Source of the DNA: an uncultured Rikenella sp.
GTDB taxonomy: Bacteria > Bacteroidota > Bacteroidia > Bacteroidales > Rikenellaceae
Reading direction: 5' to 3'
DNA length: 57,671 nucleotides
NCBI RefSeq assembly: GCF_910579375.1
Contig: NZ_CAJTUJ010000001.1
Location: forward strand, 1-57,671
How positions within the stretch are numbered: the first letter of the stretch is position 1; every line of letters begins with the position of its first letter. Under the pieces are notes generated by a model. That model did not search any database. It was given only the letters and a program-made list of their open reading frames with translations, and was not told the origin of the DNA. Position numbers and translations under genes: made by a program. This document shows positions 1-8,757 of the stretch, in pieces.

Positions 1-907
1 GATTGTTACTCTTGGACATAACCGTTTGCGTAATGTTTACGACCCTACCTGCGGTAGTGGTTCACTGTTGCTCCGTGCTGCAAGTATTGGCAAGGCAGCA
101 TATATCTACGGACAGGAGAAGAATCCGACAACCTACAACCTTGCCCGAATGAATATGTTGCTGCATGGCATCCGCTTCAGCAGCTTCAAAATAGAGAATG
201 GCGATACACTTGAATGGGACGCATTCGATGATATGCAGTTTGATGCGGTGGTTGCAAATCCTCCTTTCTCTGCCGAATGGAGTGCCGCCGACAAATTTAA
301 CAACGACGACCGTTTCAGTAAAGCAGGACGGCTTGCCCCTAAGAAAACAGCCGACTATGCTTTTATCCTGCACATGGTTCATCATCTCAATGAAGGTGGT
401 ACGATGGCTTGCGTTGCTCCGCACGGAGTTCTGTTTCGAGGGAATGCGGAGGGCGTTATACGTCGTTTCCTGATAGAGAAGAAAAACTATATTGATGCTA
501 TTATTGGTTTACCTGCCAATATATTCTATGGTACAAGCATTCCGACCTGTATTCTCGTATTGAAGAAATGCCGTAAGGAAGACGATAATATCCTGTTCAT
601 TGATGCCAGCAAAGAGTTTGAAAAAGTTAAGACCCAGAACAAACTCCGTCCTCAGCATATCCAGAGGATTGTAGAAACTTACCGTGACCGCAAGGAGGTT
701 GAAAAGTATAGTCATCTTGCTACGTTGCAGGAGGTTGCCGCAAATGACTATAATCTGAATATTCCTCGCTATGTCGATACTTTTGAGGAAGAAGAACCTA
801 TCGACATCAAAGCTGTCATGGCTGAAATAAAGGAGTTGGAAGCCAAGCGAGCCGAACTGGACAAGGAGATAGAGGTATATTTGAAAGAATTGGGACTGGT
901 TGAATAA
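1..907 (+). CDS. hsdM: Type I RM methyltransferase subunit M (5'-truncated by window edge)
   Basis: YDPTCGSGSLL (SAM motif I), ANPPF (m6A motif IV), HGVLFRG, NLNIPRYV. The frame is open back to base 2, so the start at 26 is not real. Confidence 0.96.
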   Translation, partial: IVTLGHNRLRNVYDPTCGSGSLLLRAASIGKAAYIYGQEKNPTTYNLARMNMLLHGIRFSSFKIENGDTLEWDAFDDMQFDAVVANPPFSAEWSAADKFNNDDRFSKAGRLAPKKTADYAFILHMVHHLNEGGTMACVAPHGVLFRGNAEGVIRRFLIEKKNYIDAIIGLPANIFYGTSIPTCILVLKKCRKEDDNILFIDASKEFEKVKTQNKLRPQHIQRIVETYRDRKEVEKYSHLATLQEVAANDYNLNIPRYVDTFEEEEPIDIKAVMAEIKELEAKRAELDKEIEVYLKELGLVE

Positions 908-914
908 TTACACA

Positions 915-2321
915 ATGGCAGAGATAGACAACATACCCGAAATGCGTCCGTCATTCGACAATTTACGCCGTCAGGATGAGGGCGGAAACGAATATTGGAG
1001 TTCACGCGACCTGTGCGCTGCTATGGGCTATTCGGCTTATTGGAAATTCCAAAGAGTCATAGACAAGGCTATCAAGGTGGCAAGTGAAAAAGGAATGAAG
1101 GTGGACGACCATTTCAACCAAGCGGTTGATATGGTAAGAATTGGAAGCGGCTCATTCCGAAAGGTCAATATCTTCCGTCTTTCGCGTATGGCGTGTATGA
1201 TTGTTGCCGAAAATGCCGATGCCAAAAAAGTGTTGGTACAACAAGCTCGCGATTACTTTACTCAAACAATATCGACAAACGAATTGATGCAAAATTCGTT
1301 GAGTTCTAATATTTTGCTGTATAAAACAGCACAAGGTGAAGCGCGAATAGAAGTGATATTAAATAGTGAAACCTTCTGGATGTCACAAAAGCGCATGGCC
1401 GATTTGTTCGGGGTGGATGTACGGACTGTTAACTATCATCTTGGTCAGATTTACGAAACAGGCGAGCTTACAAAAGAGGCAACTATCCGAAAAATTGGGA
1501 TAGTTCAATCAGAGGGAAAAAGGGATGTGGAGCGTACACCGCTGTTCTATAATTTGGATGCCATTATTGCGGTAGGTTATCGTGTAAATAGCTATCAGGC
1601 CACCCAATTTCGTATTTGGGCTACGTCTGTATTGAAGGAGTTTATCATTAAAGGATATGCGCTTGATGATGAACGCTTGAAACAGGGTAAACACTTTGGC
1701 AAAGATTATTTTGACGATTTGCTGGAGCGTATTCGTGAGATACGCACATCAGAGCGCAGATACTACCAAAAGATAACAGACATCTATGCAGAATGCAGTG
1801 CCGATTACGACCCGAAGTCGGATTGTACCAAATTGTTTTTCAAGATGGTGCAAAACATGATGCACTTGGCTGTAACTCATCGTACCGCTGCCGAAATAGT
1901 ATATGAACGTGCTGATTCTGAAATGCCACACATGGGATTGACAACTTGGAAGAAAGCTCCCGATGGCAGAGTACAGAAGTCTGATACTATTGTGGCAAAG
2001 AACTACTTGTCTGACAAGGAGGTTTCTGAACTTAACGGCGTAACTAACGCATTTCTTGAATTTGCAGAACAGCGTGCTCAACGCCATATCATTACAACGA
2101 TGGCAGACTGGAAGCAGCGTCTTGAACAGTTTCTTGCTACGATGGACTATCAAGCACAAGACACAGCCGGTAAAGTCTCACAAGAAGCTGCACGAGAGAA
2201 GGCGTATGGTGAGTATGAAAAATATAAAGTGATTCAAGACCGTTCGTTTGTCTCTGATTTCGACCGGTTTAATGATGGCGACAAATTGTTGCCGTTTGAT
2301 ATCAATCCCGATAAAGAATAA
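915..2321 (+). CDS. DinD/Bro-N-like N-terminal domain fused to a RhuM-family domain
   Basis: N-terminus EYWSSRDL..GYS..W.F..VI.KA...DHF...RLSR.AC resembles DinD-N. C-terminus YNLDAIIAVGYRVNS..ATQFR.WAT, FDDLLERIREIRTSERR.YQK, MGLTTW, AKNYL is typical of RhuM. ATG at 915. Confidence 0.82.
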   Translation: MAEIDNIPEMRPSFDNLRRQDEGGNEYWSSRDLCAAMGYSAYWKFQRVIDKAIKVASEKGMKVDDHFNQAVDMVRIGSGSFRKVNIFRLSRMACMIVAENADAKKVLVQQARDYFTQTISTNELMQNSLSSNILLYKTAQGEARIEVILNSETFWMSQKRMADLFGVDVRTVNYHLGQIYETGELTKEATIRKIGIVQSEGKRDVERTPLFYNLDAIIAVGYRVNSYQATQFRIWATSVLKEFIIKGYALDDERLKQGKHFGKDYFDDLLERIREIRTSERRYYQKITDIYAECSADYDPKSDCTKLFFKMVQNMMHLAVTHRTAAEIVYERADSEMPHMGLTTWKKAPDGRVQKSDTIVAKNYLSDKEVSELNGVTNAFLEFAEQRAQRHIITTMADWKQRLEQFLATMDYQAQDTAGKVSQEAAREKAYGEYEKYKVIQDRSFVSDFDRFNDGDKLLPFDINPDKE

Positions 2322-3619
2322 TGATTATGGCAGATAATAACGAAAATAAAGTCCTTAATGTTCCCCATTTGAGATTTCCGGAGTTCAGTGGGGAGTGGGA
2401 AAAGTGTAAGGTTTCAGACTTGTTGGATTTCTATTCCAGCAATTCACTTAGTTGGGAGCAGCTTGAATATGACACTAATGCCATGATGAATTTACATTAT
2501 GGACTTATCCACGTAGGACTTCCGACTATGATAGATTTGGCAAAAGACAAATTGCCTAATATAAAAGAGGGCAATATGCCCAAGAACTTTGAAATGTGCA
2601 AAGAAGGTGATGTGGCTTTTGCGGATGCCTCGGAAGATACAAATGAAGTAGCCAAGACTGTTGAGTTCTTTAAACTTGCAGGGAAAAACGTAGTCTGTGG
2701 ATTGCATACAATTCATGGACGAGACAATAAGCACAAAACTGTTGTCGGATTCAAAGGATATGCTTTTTTATCTGCTGTATTTCATAATCAAATAAGGCGA
2801 ATAGCGCAAGGAACAAAGATTTACTCAATTAGCACCAAGAATTTTTCAGAGTGCTATATTGGATTGCCATCAAAACCAGAACAGACTAAAATTGCAACTT
2901 TACTACGCCTTATTGATGAGCGCATTGCTACCCAAAACAAAATCATTGAGGATTTGAAATTACTAAAGTCTGCAATTTGTGAAAAACTTTTTTGCAGTCC
3001 AAAAGATAAACAACCGAAAGTAAGATTGCATGGTTTTTCCAATTATTGGAACTTTGTACGGCTTTCTGATATTTGCCATAGAATTCGCAGAAAAAATACC
3101 GAAGAACAATGTAAGCGAGTTTTGACGATAGCAGCTCAATATGGGCTTGTTAGTCAAGAAGAATTTTTCAATAAGAATGTTGCTAGTGAAGATTTGTCAG
3201 GATATTACCTTCTACAAAATGGAGATTTTGCTTATAATAAAAGTTATTCGGGCGATTATGTTTGGGGTACGGTAAAACGCTTGGACAATTATGAACAAGG
3301 TGTATTATCTCCTTTATATATTTGTTTCTGTCCAGATTCTGCTAAAGTGGATTCTGATTTTCTCGTCTATTATTTTGAGTCAAAGAAATGGCATAAAGCT
3401 GTTGCAGATATAGCAGGTGAGGGTGCAAGAAATCATGGTTTGCTTAATATCTCTGTTATAGATTACTTTAATACCATTCATTGTATTCCATCTATGGATG
3501 AACAGAAACAAATAGCTCAGATTATGAGCGCATTGCTATCAAAGATAGCACGAGAACAGCGCATGTTGAATTGTTACACTACACAACGGCAATACCTACT
3601 TCGTCAAATGTTCATATAA
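2321..3619 (+). CDS. hsdS: Type I RM specificity subunit, expressed copy (2 TRDs)
   Basis: VPHLRFPEFSGEW, central EQTKIA...IDERIATQNKIIEDLK, C-terminal LLRQMFI. TAATG overlap with the upstream gene. Confidence 0.95.
   Translation: MIMADNNENKVLNVPHLRFPEFSGEWEKCKVSDLLDFYSSNSLSWEQLEYDTNAMMNLHYGLIHVGLPTMIDLAKDKLPNIKEGNMPKNFEMCKEGDVAFADASEDTNEVAKTVEFFKLAGKNVVCGLHTIHGRDNKHKTVVGFKGYAFLSAVFHNQIRRIAQGTKIYSISTKNFSECYIGLPSKPEQTKIATLLRLIDERIATQNKIIEDLKLLKSAICEKLFCSPKDKQPKVRLHGFSNYWNFVRLSDICHRIRRKNTEEQCKRVLTIAAQYGLVSQEEFFNKNVASEDLSGYYLLQNGDFAYNKSYSGDYVWGTVKRLDNYEQGVLSPLYICFCPDSAKVDSDFLVYYFESKKWHKAVADIAGEGARNHGLLNISVIDYFNTIHCIPSMDEQKQIAQIMSALLSKIAREQRMLNCYTTQRQYLLRQMFI
2356..2398 (+). repeat. Outer inverted repeat, left copy (43 bp; partner 4719-4761)
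   Basis: taatgttccccatttgagatttccggagttcagtggggagtgg matches the reverse complement of 4719-4761 at 42/43. Confidence 0.95.
2915..2977 (+). repeat. Inner inverted repeat, left copy (63 bp; partner 4206-4268)
   Basis: gatgagcgcattgctacccaaaac...aagtctgcaatt matches the reverse complement of 4206-4268 at 62/63. Confidence 0.95.
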
Positions 3620-4761
3620 ACATCTGACGAAGTAAATACGCTTTTTGTTTATCGAGCAATTGAAGATAGGATTTCTCAACTCTTATCTTTTCATCTAATG
3701 AAATCAAGCAGTTGGCCATCTTATTTTGTTCTTCCAAAGAAGGTAACAATAGTCTGGCTTTTTCAATGTCAGTATAATGCAAATGAATTATGGTGCTGCC
3801 CTTTGCAAATTTTGCCAATTGCCTTTTGACGATATGATTGAAGTAGTAACTTAGATATTGGGCATTAAAGTTAGTACTGATGTGAATTCCAAACATATCA
3901 CCACCCAATATAACCCCATCTACGTTAATGACAGATGGGGCAATTAAGGACATTGCGTCAACAGTTGTTGACGAAGGAAACAACAAATCTCCTTTCTTAC
4001 TCAAAATCATGCCCTCTGTTCTGTTAGTATGGCTTTCTATTTGAGAAATTGTTTCTCCATAAGTGGTAAAAAGTTCTCCATATATAACACAAGGTATTCC
4101 TGTTTCAGCCAAATCATCCTTTGCCAAATTGCCAACATTAAAAGGTTCGCCCAAATCTGCGACACAGACTATCTGTTTTTCGGCTTGACTATAATGTTTT
4201 TCAATAATTGCAGACTTTAGTAATTTCAAATCCTCAATGATTTTGTTTTGGGTAGCGATGCGCTCATCGAGGAGGCTAAGTAAACGGGATATTCTATTCT
4301 GTTCCTCTATAGCTGGTATTGAGAACTCAAATTCTTCCATTTGTCGTTTATCACCTCTTGGCATTTTTACGCCTTTTGCCCCTGACATTGCGTAGTTTAT
4401 GAATTTGTCTGAGGCAATGATATTATACAAGAAGTCGCTTTGACATCCAGTAGTCCTAAGAACAAACACATCGGCACTACAACCACCAAATCGGTCAGAC
4501 TGCCATACCTTTTTCAGATATGGGCGGATGTTAGATATAAGAATATCATTAGGTTTAATTGCCATTACATTTCCATCGGTGGGAATTGAGGAAGCCTCCT
4601 TAATTCCTCCAAAATTTGGGATAAGATTCTCGGTAGAGATATAACAGGATGCGTCTAAACTATCTGCGGGAATCCTTGATTTTTGGAACTCAGCGACATC
4701 TTTAAGCTCGACTCGTTTCCACTCCCCACTAAACTCCGGAAATCTCAAATGGGGAACATTA
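3612..4761 (-). CDS. hsdS: Silent inverted hsdS cassette (2 alternative TRDs, no ATG start)
   Basis: Same conserved HsdS blocks as 2321-3619 but different TRDs. There is an in-frame TAG a few codons upstream of NVPHLRF and no ATG. The ORF track uses an internal TTG at 4748. Confidence 0.9.
4206..4268 (-). repeat. Inner inverted repeat, right copy
   Basis: Reverse complement of 2915-2977 with 1 mismatch. Confidence 0.95.
4719..4761 (-). repeat. Outer inverted repeat, right copy
   Basis: Reverse complement of 2356-2398 with 1 mismatch. Confidence 0.95.
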
Positions 4762-4806
4762 CCTATTATATTTCTCTAATTATTAGAACCAATTAAATTC
4801 GAGATT

Positions 4807-5733
4807 ATGATTCAGAAGACAATTAGAGAAATTTCGGACGCATGGCGAGAAGACAAGCGACCGTATGTAAAACAGTCAACAATGGCAGCTTATATGTTGA
4901 TTCTCGAAAATCATATTTTGCCAAAGTTTGGTGAGAGTAACGAACTTCATGAACATGATGTACAAGGATTTGTACTTGAAAAGTTGGAAGGCGGATTGAG
5001 CGTAAAATCTGTTAAGGACATTTTGATTGTTCTGAAGATGGTTATGAAATTCGGAGTGAAAAACGAATGGATGAGTTATTACGAATGGGATATTAAGTAC
5101 CCAACAGACGTTGCTGGTAAAAAGTTGGAGGTCTTGTCCGTGGCAAATCACAAAAAGATTTTGAATTATATTCAGAGCCACTTCTCTTTTCCGGGGCTTG
5201 GTATTTACATAAGCCTTAGTACCGGTCTGCGTATCGGTGAAATTTGCGCTTTGAAATGGAGCGACATCAATGTCGCTGATGGTGTTATAACCGTTAATCG
5301 GACAATAGAGCGTATCTACATCATAGAAGGGGCGAGAAAACATACAGAGTTAGTTATTAATACACCAAAAACAAAAAACTCTTGCCGTGAAATCCCGATA
5401 AACAAAGAATTGCTTGCTATGTTAAAGCCTTTGAAAAAAGTAGTTAATGATGATTATTATATACTTACCAATGATGAACGTCCGACAGAACCACGCACGT
5501 ACCGTAACTACTATAAGAGGCTTATGGAGAAACTTGATATTCCTAAGCTGAAGTATCATGGACTCCGTCATAGCTTCGCGACTCGCTGTATAGAAGTCGG
5601 TTGTGACTATAAGACCGTTAGTGTATTACTGGGACATTCTAACATTTCAACTACGCTGGACTTATATGTACACCCCAATATGGAGCAGAAAAAACGTTGC
5701 ATAGCCAAAGTATTCAAGTCGCTAGGGAAATAA
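4807..5733 (+). CDS. Tyrosine recombinase, probable hsdS invertase
   Basis: TGLRIGE (R), PKT (K), HGLRH, LGH, LYVH (Y). Starts 45 bp after the outer IR. Confidence 0.92.
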   Translation: MIQKTIREISDAWREDKRPYVKQSTMAAYMLILENHILPKFGESNELHEHDVQGFVLEKLEGGLSVKSVKDILIVLKMVMKFGVKNEWMSYYEWDIKYPTDVAGKKLEVLSVANHKKILNYIQSHFSFPGLGIYISLSTGLRIGEICALKWSDINVADGVITVNRTIERIYIIEGARKHTELVINTPKTKNSCREIPINKELLAMLKPLKKVVNDDYYILTNDERPTEPRTYRNYYKRLMEKLDIPKLKYHGLRHSFATRCIEVGCDYKTVSVLLGHSNISTTLDLYVHPNMEQKKRCIAKVFKSLGK

Positions 5734-5743
5734 AGTCATGTAT

Positions 5744-5779
5744 AGAGCGAGGGAATTAATGCTGTAATTTCTTCGCTCT
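5744..5779 (+). terminator. Hairpin downstream of the invertase gene
   Basis: agagcgagggaatta/taatttcttcgctct stem with G-U pairs. The U-tract is weak. Confidence 0.5.
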
Positions 5780-5808
5780 CAATTGTTCTGTAATTCAGAA
5801 TTATGTTG

Positions 5809-5816
5809 TATATTTG
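5809..5816 (+). promoter_or_regulatory. Bacteroidetes -7 promoter box
   Basis: tatatttg = TAnnTTTG, 22 bp before ATG 5839. Confidence 0.6.
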
Positions 5817-5838
5817 AATGTTATTAAAAATATTACTT

Positions 5839-6225
5839 ATGAGAAAGGGTTTGATATTCTTCTTGGGAGTTGTTACTGGGTGTGTATTAACAATTGCAGT
5901 ACTTTTTGTTATAGGTATTACCAATTCAAATACTAACGAATCGGATATTACAATTGCCGAGCAACAGACGGTATTTACTACCGCAACAAAATTTGAAGTT
6001 TTTCAGGTTCTTGGGGATGGTGCTTTGGCCAATTGCGAGGAGAAAGGGTATTCAACTTCATTATTTACTGGGCCGGTCGTCTATATTGTGACAGATGGTC
6101 AAAATCTGTTTTATGATGATCAGGTAATTGAAGTACCGAAAGATAAAAAGGCTATGCAAATAGGAACATTTCGTTATGAGACCAAACTTGGTGAAAAAGT
6201 AGTTCCTGTAATAAAGTTTAAATAA
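5839..6225 (+). CDS. Hypothetical protein with N-terminal membrane anchor
   Basis: MRKGLIFFLGVVTGCVLTIAVLFVIG hydrophobic helix, then a beta-rich domain. Has its own promoter box and terminator. Confidence 0.75.
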   Translation: MRKGLIFFLGVVTGCVLTIAVLFVIGITNSNTNESDITIAEQQTVFTTATKFEVFQVLGDGALANCEEKGYSTSLFTGPVVYIVTDGQNLFYDDQVIEVPKDKKAMQIGTFRYETKLGEKVVPVIKFK

Positions 6226-6243
6226 CATAGGCATATTAGAATA

Positions 6244-6281
6244 AAGTCTCAACCGATAGCAATTCTATCTAGTTGAGACTT
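6244..6281. terminator. Hairpin between convergent genes (probable bidirectional terminator)
   Basis: aagtctcaac/gttgagactt stem plus inner gatag/ctatc. Confidence 0.65.
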
Positions 6282-6290
6282 CTCGTTTAT

Positions 6291-6827
6291 TTACTTCTTA
6301 TTCAAAAACTTCTGTATAACTACAGTTATACCAATCCCTAAAACAGCCATAAGAATACAGCAAACAGCAGCTTTCCAAATCAATGTGGAGTGTAAAACAT
6401 CTGTATTAGCCACTATGATGCTGGCGAAAAAAGAAGAGAGGGCAACCAGAATGATAATCAGAATATAGAATACCAAATGCGGTATGAGAACATAGCTGTC
6501 TGCCTGGTGGATTTTCCGTTCAGTTTCATCCCATTTGTCTTGAATTTGGCAAAGGTACTTATCAAGTACAGATTGCCCGAATTTTTCGGCTTGTTCCTGC
6601 ATACTTTGGGCAATAGTTAACTTATACTCCTGTAGAAATTTAAGTAAATTTACCAGATTTATACTCATCTCATGCACATTGTCATTCAGGTTGGCGAGTT
6701 CTTTGGCGTTCACATCAAGTAGTCGCTTCTCTTCTTCCAGATATTCATTCTTGGGAGTGATCTTTATGGATTCCGTATCATTCATTTCTGCGGAAAAATC
6801 GAATTTCTTTTTCATGCTTGACTTCAT
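6291..6827 (-). CDS. Mobilization accessory protein (MobB-like; coiled coil + 2 C-terminal TM helices)
   Basis: 4 bp downstream of the relaxase. The architecture is typical of genes after Bacteroides relaxases. Function is inferred from position. Confidence 0.6.
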   Translation of the reverse strand: MKSSMKKKFDFSAEMNDTESIKITPKNEYLEEEKRLLDVNAKELANLNDNVHEMSINLVNLLKFLQEYKLTIAQSMQEQAEKFGQSVLDKYLCQIQDKWDETERKIHQADSYVLIPHLVFYILIIILVALSSFFASIIVANTDVLHSTLIWKAAVCCILMAVLGIGITVVIQKFLNKK

Positions 6828-6831
6828 AGGC

Positions 6832-8040
6832 TTATCGTTTTAATCCTGTTTTAGGTTTCTTCCCTAACGAACGGCTGGCGGCACGAGCGCATCTGCGAGC
6901 CCATTGCAAATCGTCTTCTTCCTTGTCTCTCCACGGAAGGTCGTTTTGCGAACCTCCGCCACCGCCTCCGGTTGCAACGTTGGGCGTTTCAAGCAGTCCG
7001 ACAAAAATAGCCACAGCCATATCGGTAAGCTCCTGACAGTTGGAAACGAACCTGTAATCAAACTCGTCATTGAAGTAGTTAAGCACTTTTTCCGGAATAT
7101 AGAACTTGTGCTCCTTGCCTTCATGAGTCAGGGCATAGGGAATCATATCCAAACGGTCTGTGCGATATTGGGTATAGTCAATAGGAGCCACCTTATGTCT
7201 GTTCGATTGCTGTACGACTTGGGGAGTATTGCTCTTGGCAGTAACAGGCTGGTAGTGTAGCTTCTTCCATGTCGCAGGAAGTTTCGAGATCATTAGGTTC
7301 CTGCCGATTCCCAATTCGGAAGCCTTGTATTTGGTGTTCCCATTCACAAGCGCATAACCATGAAGAATCCCTTTCTTATCTTCTCTTTCATGTACTGTAT
7401 AGCCTTTTCGTATAAGAGCATTTTTGTACTTTTCCCATGACCATGATTGCATTGATTTCAGTATATCCATGCAATCACGATTTACTTGGTGGACATTGGA
7501 AATTCGGATTTGTGCCGCAGTCGTCCAGCCGCGTTTCTTTGCCACTCGTTCGGCTGCACGTTGCGCACGAAGATGAATGTTATGGTCATTGTTGATATTG
7601 CCATTTTCATCCAAACGGCAGACCGCAGCATGGAGGTGGGGAACTTCGCCTTTGGATTCCGTATGCAGCCAAACCGAGTATTTGCTACCCGCCAAATTGG
7701 TCGGACAGGAACGGACTTTTCCGTCCTTGCTGGTAATCACTTGTTTGTCGAATTCCTCAGCGAAATCCTGCCAAAGCTTTTGCCAGTCCTCAATGTCGAA
7801 GAACCGGGTATGTTCAGGCGAAGGACTCAGTTCGATTCTGATAACAGAGTTCTTGATCGGCCGATGTTGGGATAAGGTCAACTGCATGGAGTTCCATATC
7901 CCCATAGCGTCCGGTTCAGAGGGCAACAGATTGTCCAATACCCGATAGATTTTCTCCGGATGTTTCTTGTGTTGTGATTCGCCGGTAATGTAACGGAGGT
8001 CGTTTATTCCGTGCGATATGGCTTTTGCTTTTGCAATCAT
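6832..8040 (-). CDS. Relaxase/mobilization nuclease (MOBP-like)
   Basis: MIAKAKAISHG..LRY (candidate catalytic Tyr), IELSP, WLH...PHLH 3H motif, C-terminal GGGGGS..LPW. Confidence 0.9.
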   Translation of the reverse strand: MIAKAKAISHGINDLRYITGESQHKKHPEKIYRVLDNLLPSEPDAMGIWNSMQLTLSQHRPIKNSVIRIELSPSPEHTRFFDIEDWQKLWQDFAEEFDKQVITSKDGKVRSCPTNLAGSKYSVWLHTESKGEVPHLHAAVCRLDENGNINNDHNIHLRAQRAAERVAKKRGWTTAAQIRISNVHQVNRDCMDILKSMQSWSWEKYKNALIRKGYTVHEREDKKGILHGYALVNGNTKYKASELGIGRNLMISKLPATWKKLHYQPVTAKSNTPQVVQQSNRHKVAPIDYTQYRTDRLDMIPYALTHEGKEHKFYIPEKVLNYFNDEFDYRFVSNCQELTDMAVAIFVGLLETPNVATGGGGGGSQNDLPWRDKEEDDLQWARRCARAASRSLGKKPKTGLKR

Positions 8041-8456
8041 TCTTCTTCGGATTTAGCGTTAGACGGAATTTTGTTATGCTCTTTTACGGCATTCAGAAAC
8101 AGGCAAACGCTTTCGGCTACATTGCCAAGTTCCTTGAGCCATCCGACCATAAACGGAATCTGATTAAACATTATCATGCGTTGCTTTGTGGACATTCCAT
8201 GAAGCGCAGAGGTATATTTTACGAGGTCTGATCGACAATTGTCCAAATTCTGTAATAGTGCCGTTTCTTCTTTCGTAAGCCTTGCTCTGGGCTTGAAGTT
8301 ATAAGCACACGACAATATGTAATCGCTTACGGTCATACCGCATTGTGCTGCCAATGATTTTATATGCTCTTTCTGACGGGGAGTGACTTTCGCTCCGATG
8401 AAGACGCATCTTGTTTCGTTAGAGGAACCAAATGAATTCTCAGTATTTTCTTTCAT
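8037..8456 (-). CDS. mobC: MobC-like ribbon-helix-helix relaxosome protein
   Basis: R..FIGAKVTP...LA.QCGMTVSDYI RHH pattern. 4-bp overlap with the relaxase. ATG at 8456. Confidence 0.8.
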   Translation of the reverse strand: MKENTENSFGSSNETRCVFIGAKVTPRQKEHIKSLAAQCGMTVSDYILSCAYNFKPRARLTKEETALLQNLDNCRSDLVKYTSALHGMSTKQRMIMFNQIPFMVGWLKELGNVAESVCLFLNAVKEHNKIPSNAKSEEE

Positions 8457-8459
8457 ATA

Positions 8460-8750
8460 AATTGTTCTATAATGGCAAATAGGTGCGAGCTTGCGAGTAC
8501 CGCATCGGCGAAAGAACTGAGCAGGCAAGAGCGCCAATGTACAACCGGAACGCAGTGAGGTTATACCTTGGCATATCTTGCAACAGTTACCTGTTGATAC
8601 TTCCCTGCAAGCCATGTCGAATGTGGATATGAATCGGCATTCGGATAGTAAGATATATCTCTAAAAGAGGGGAGAGTATGACTATCTCACATTATGTTAT
8701 CTTGCCTATTTTGCTTTATTCCTATATATACGCCCCGACAATAAAGTAAA
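8460..8750. other. Candidate oriT region
   Basis: Non-coding gap upstream of mobC with an interrupted inverted repeat at 8525-8581 (gcaaga..gccaa.gta.aacc/ggtt.tac.ttggc...tcttgc) and a second at 8710-8750 around tatatata. The nic site was not identified. Confidence 0.55.
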
Positions 8751-8757
8751 GTTGAAC

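Noticed and set aside
3612..4748. Second hsdS as an independently expressed gene or a decayed pseudogene
   Set aside because: It has no ATG and its similarity starts exactly at the IR, yet the frame is intact. This fits a silent shufflon cassette.
4807..5733. This recombinase as the element's integrase or a prophage marker
   Set aside because: It is internal and abuts the hsdS IR. The terminal integrase is 11246-12361 and no phage structural genes are present.
6953..6971. Gly-run repeat in the relaxase C-terminus as a slippage tract
   Set aside because: Mixed Gly codons; a common linker in Bacteroides relaxases.
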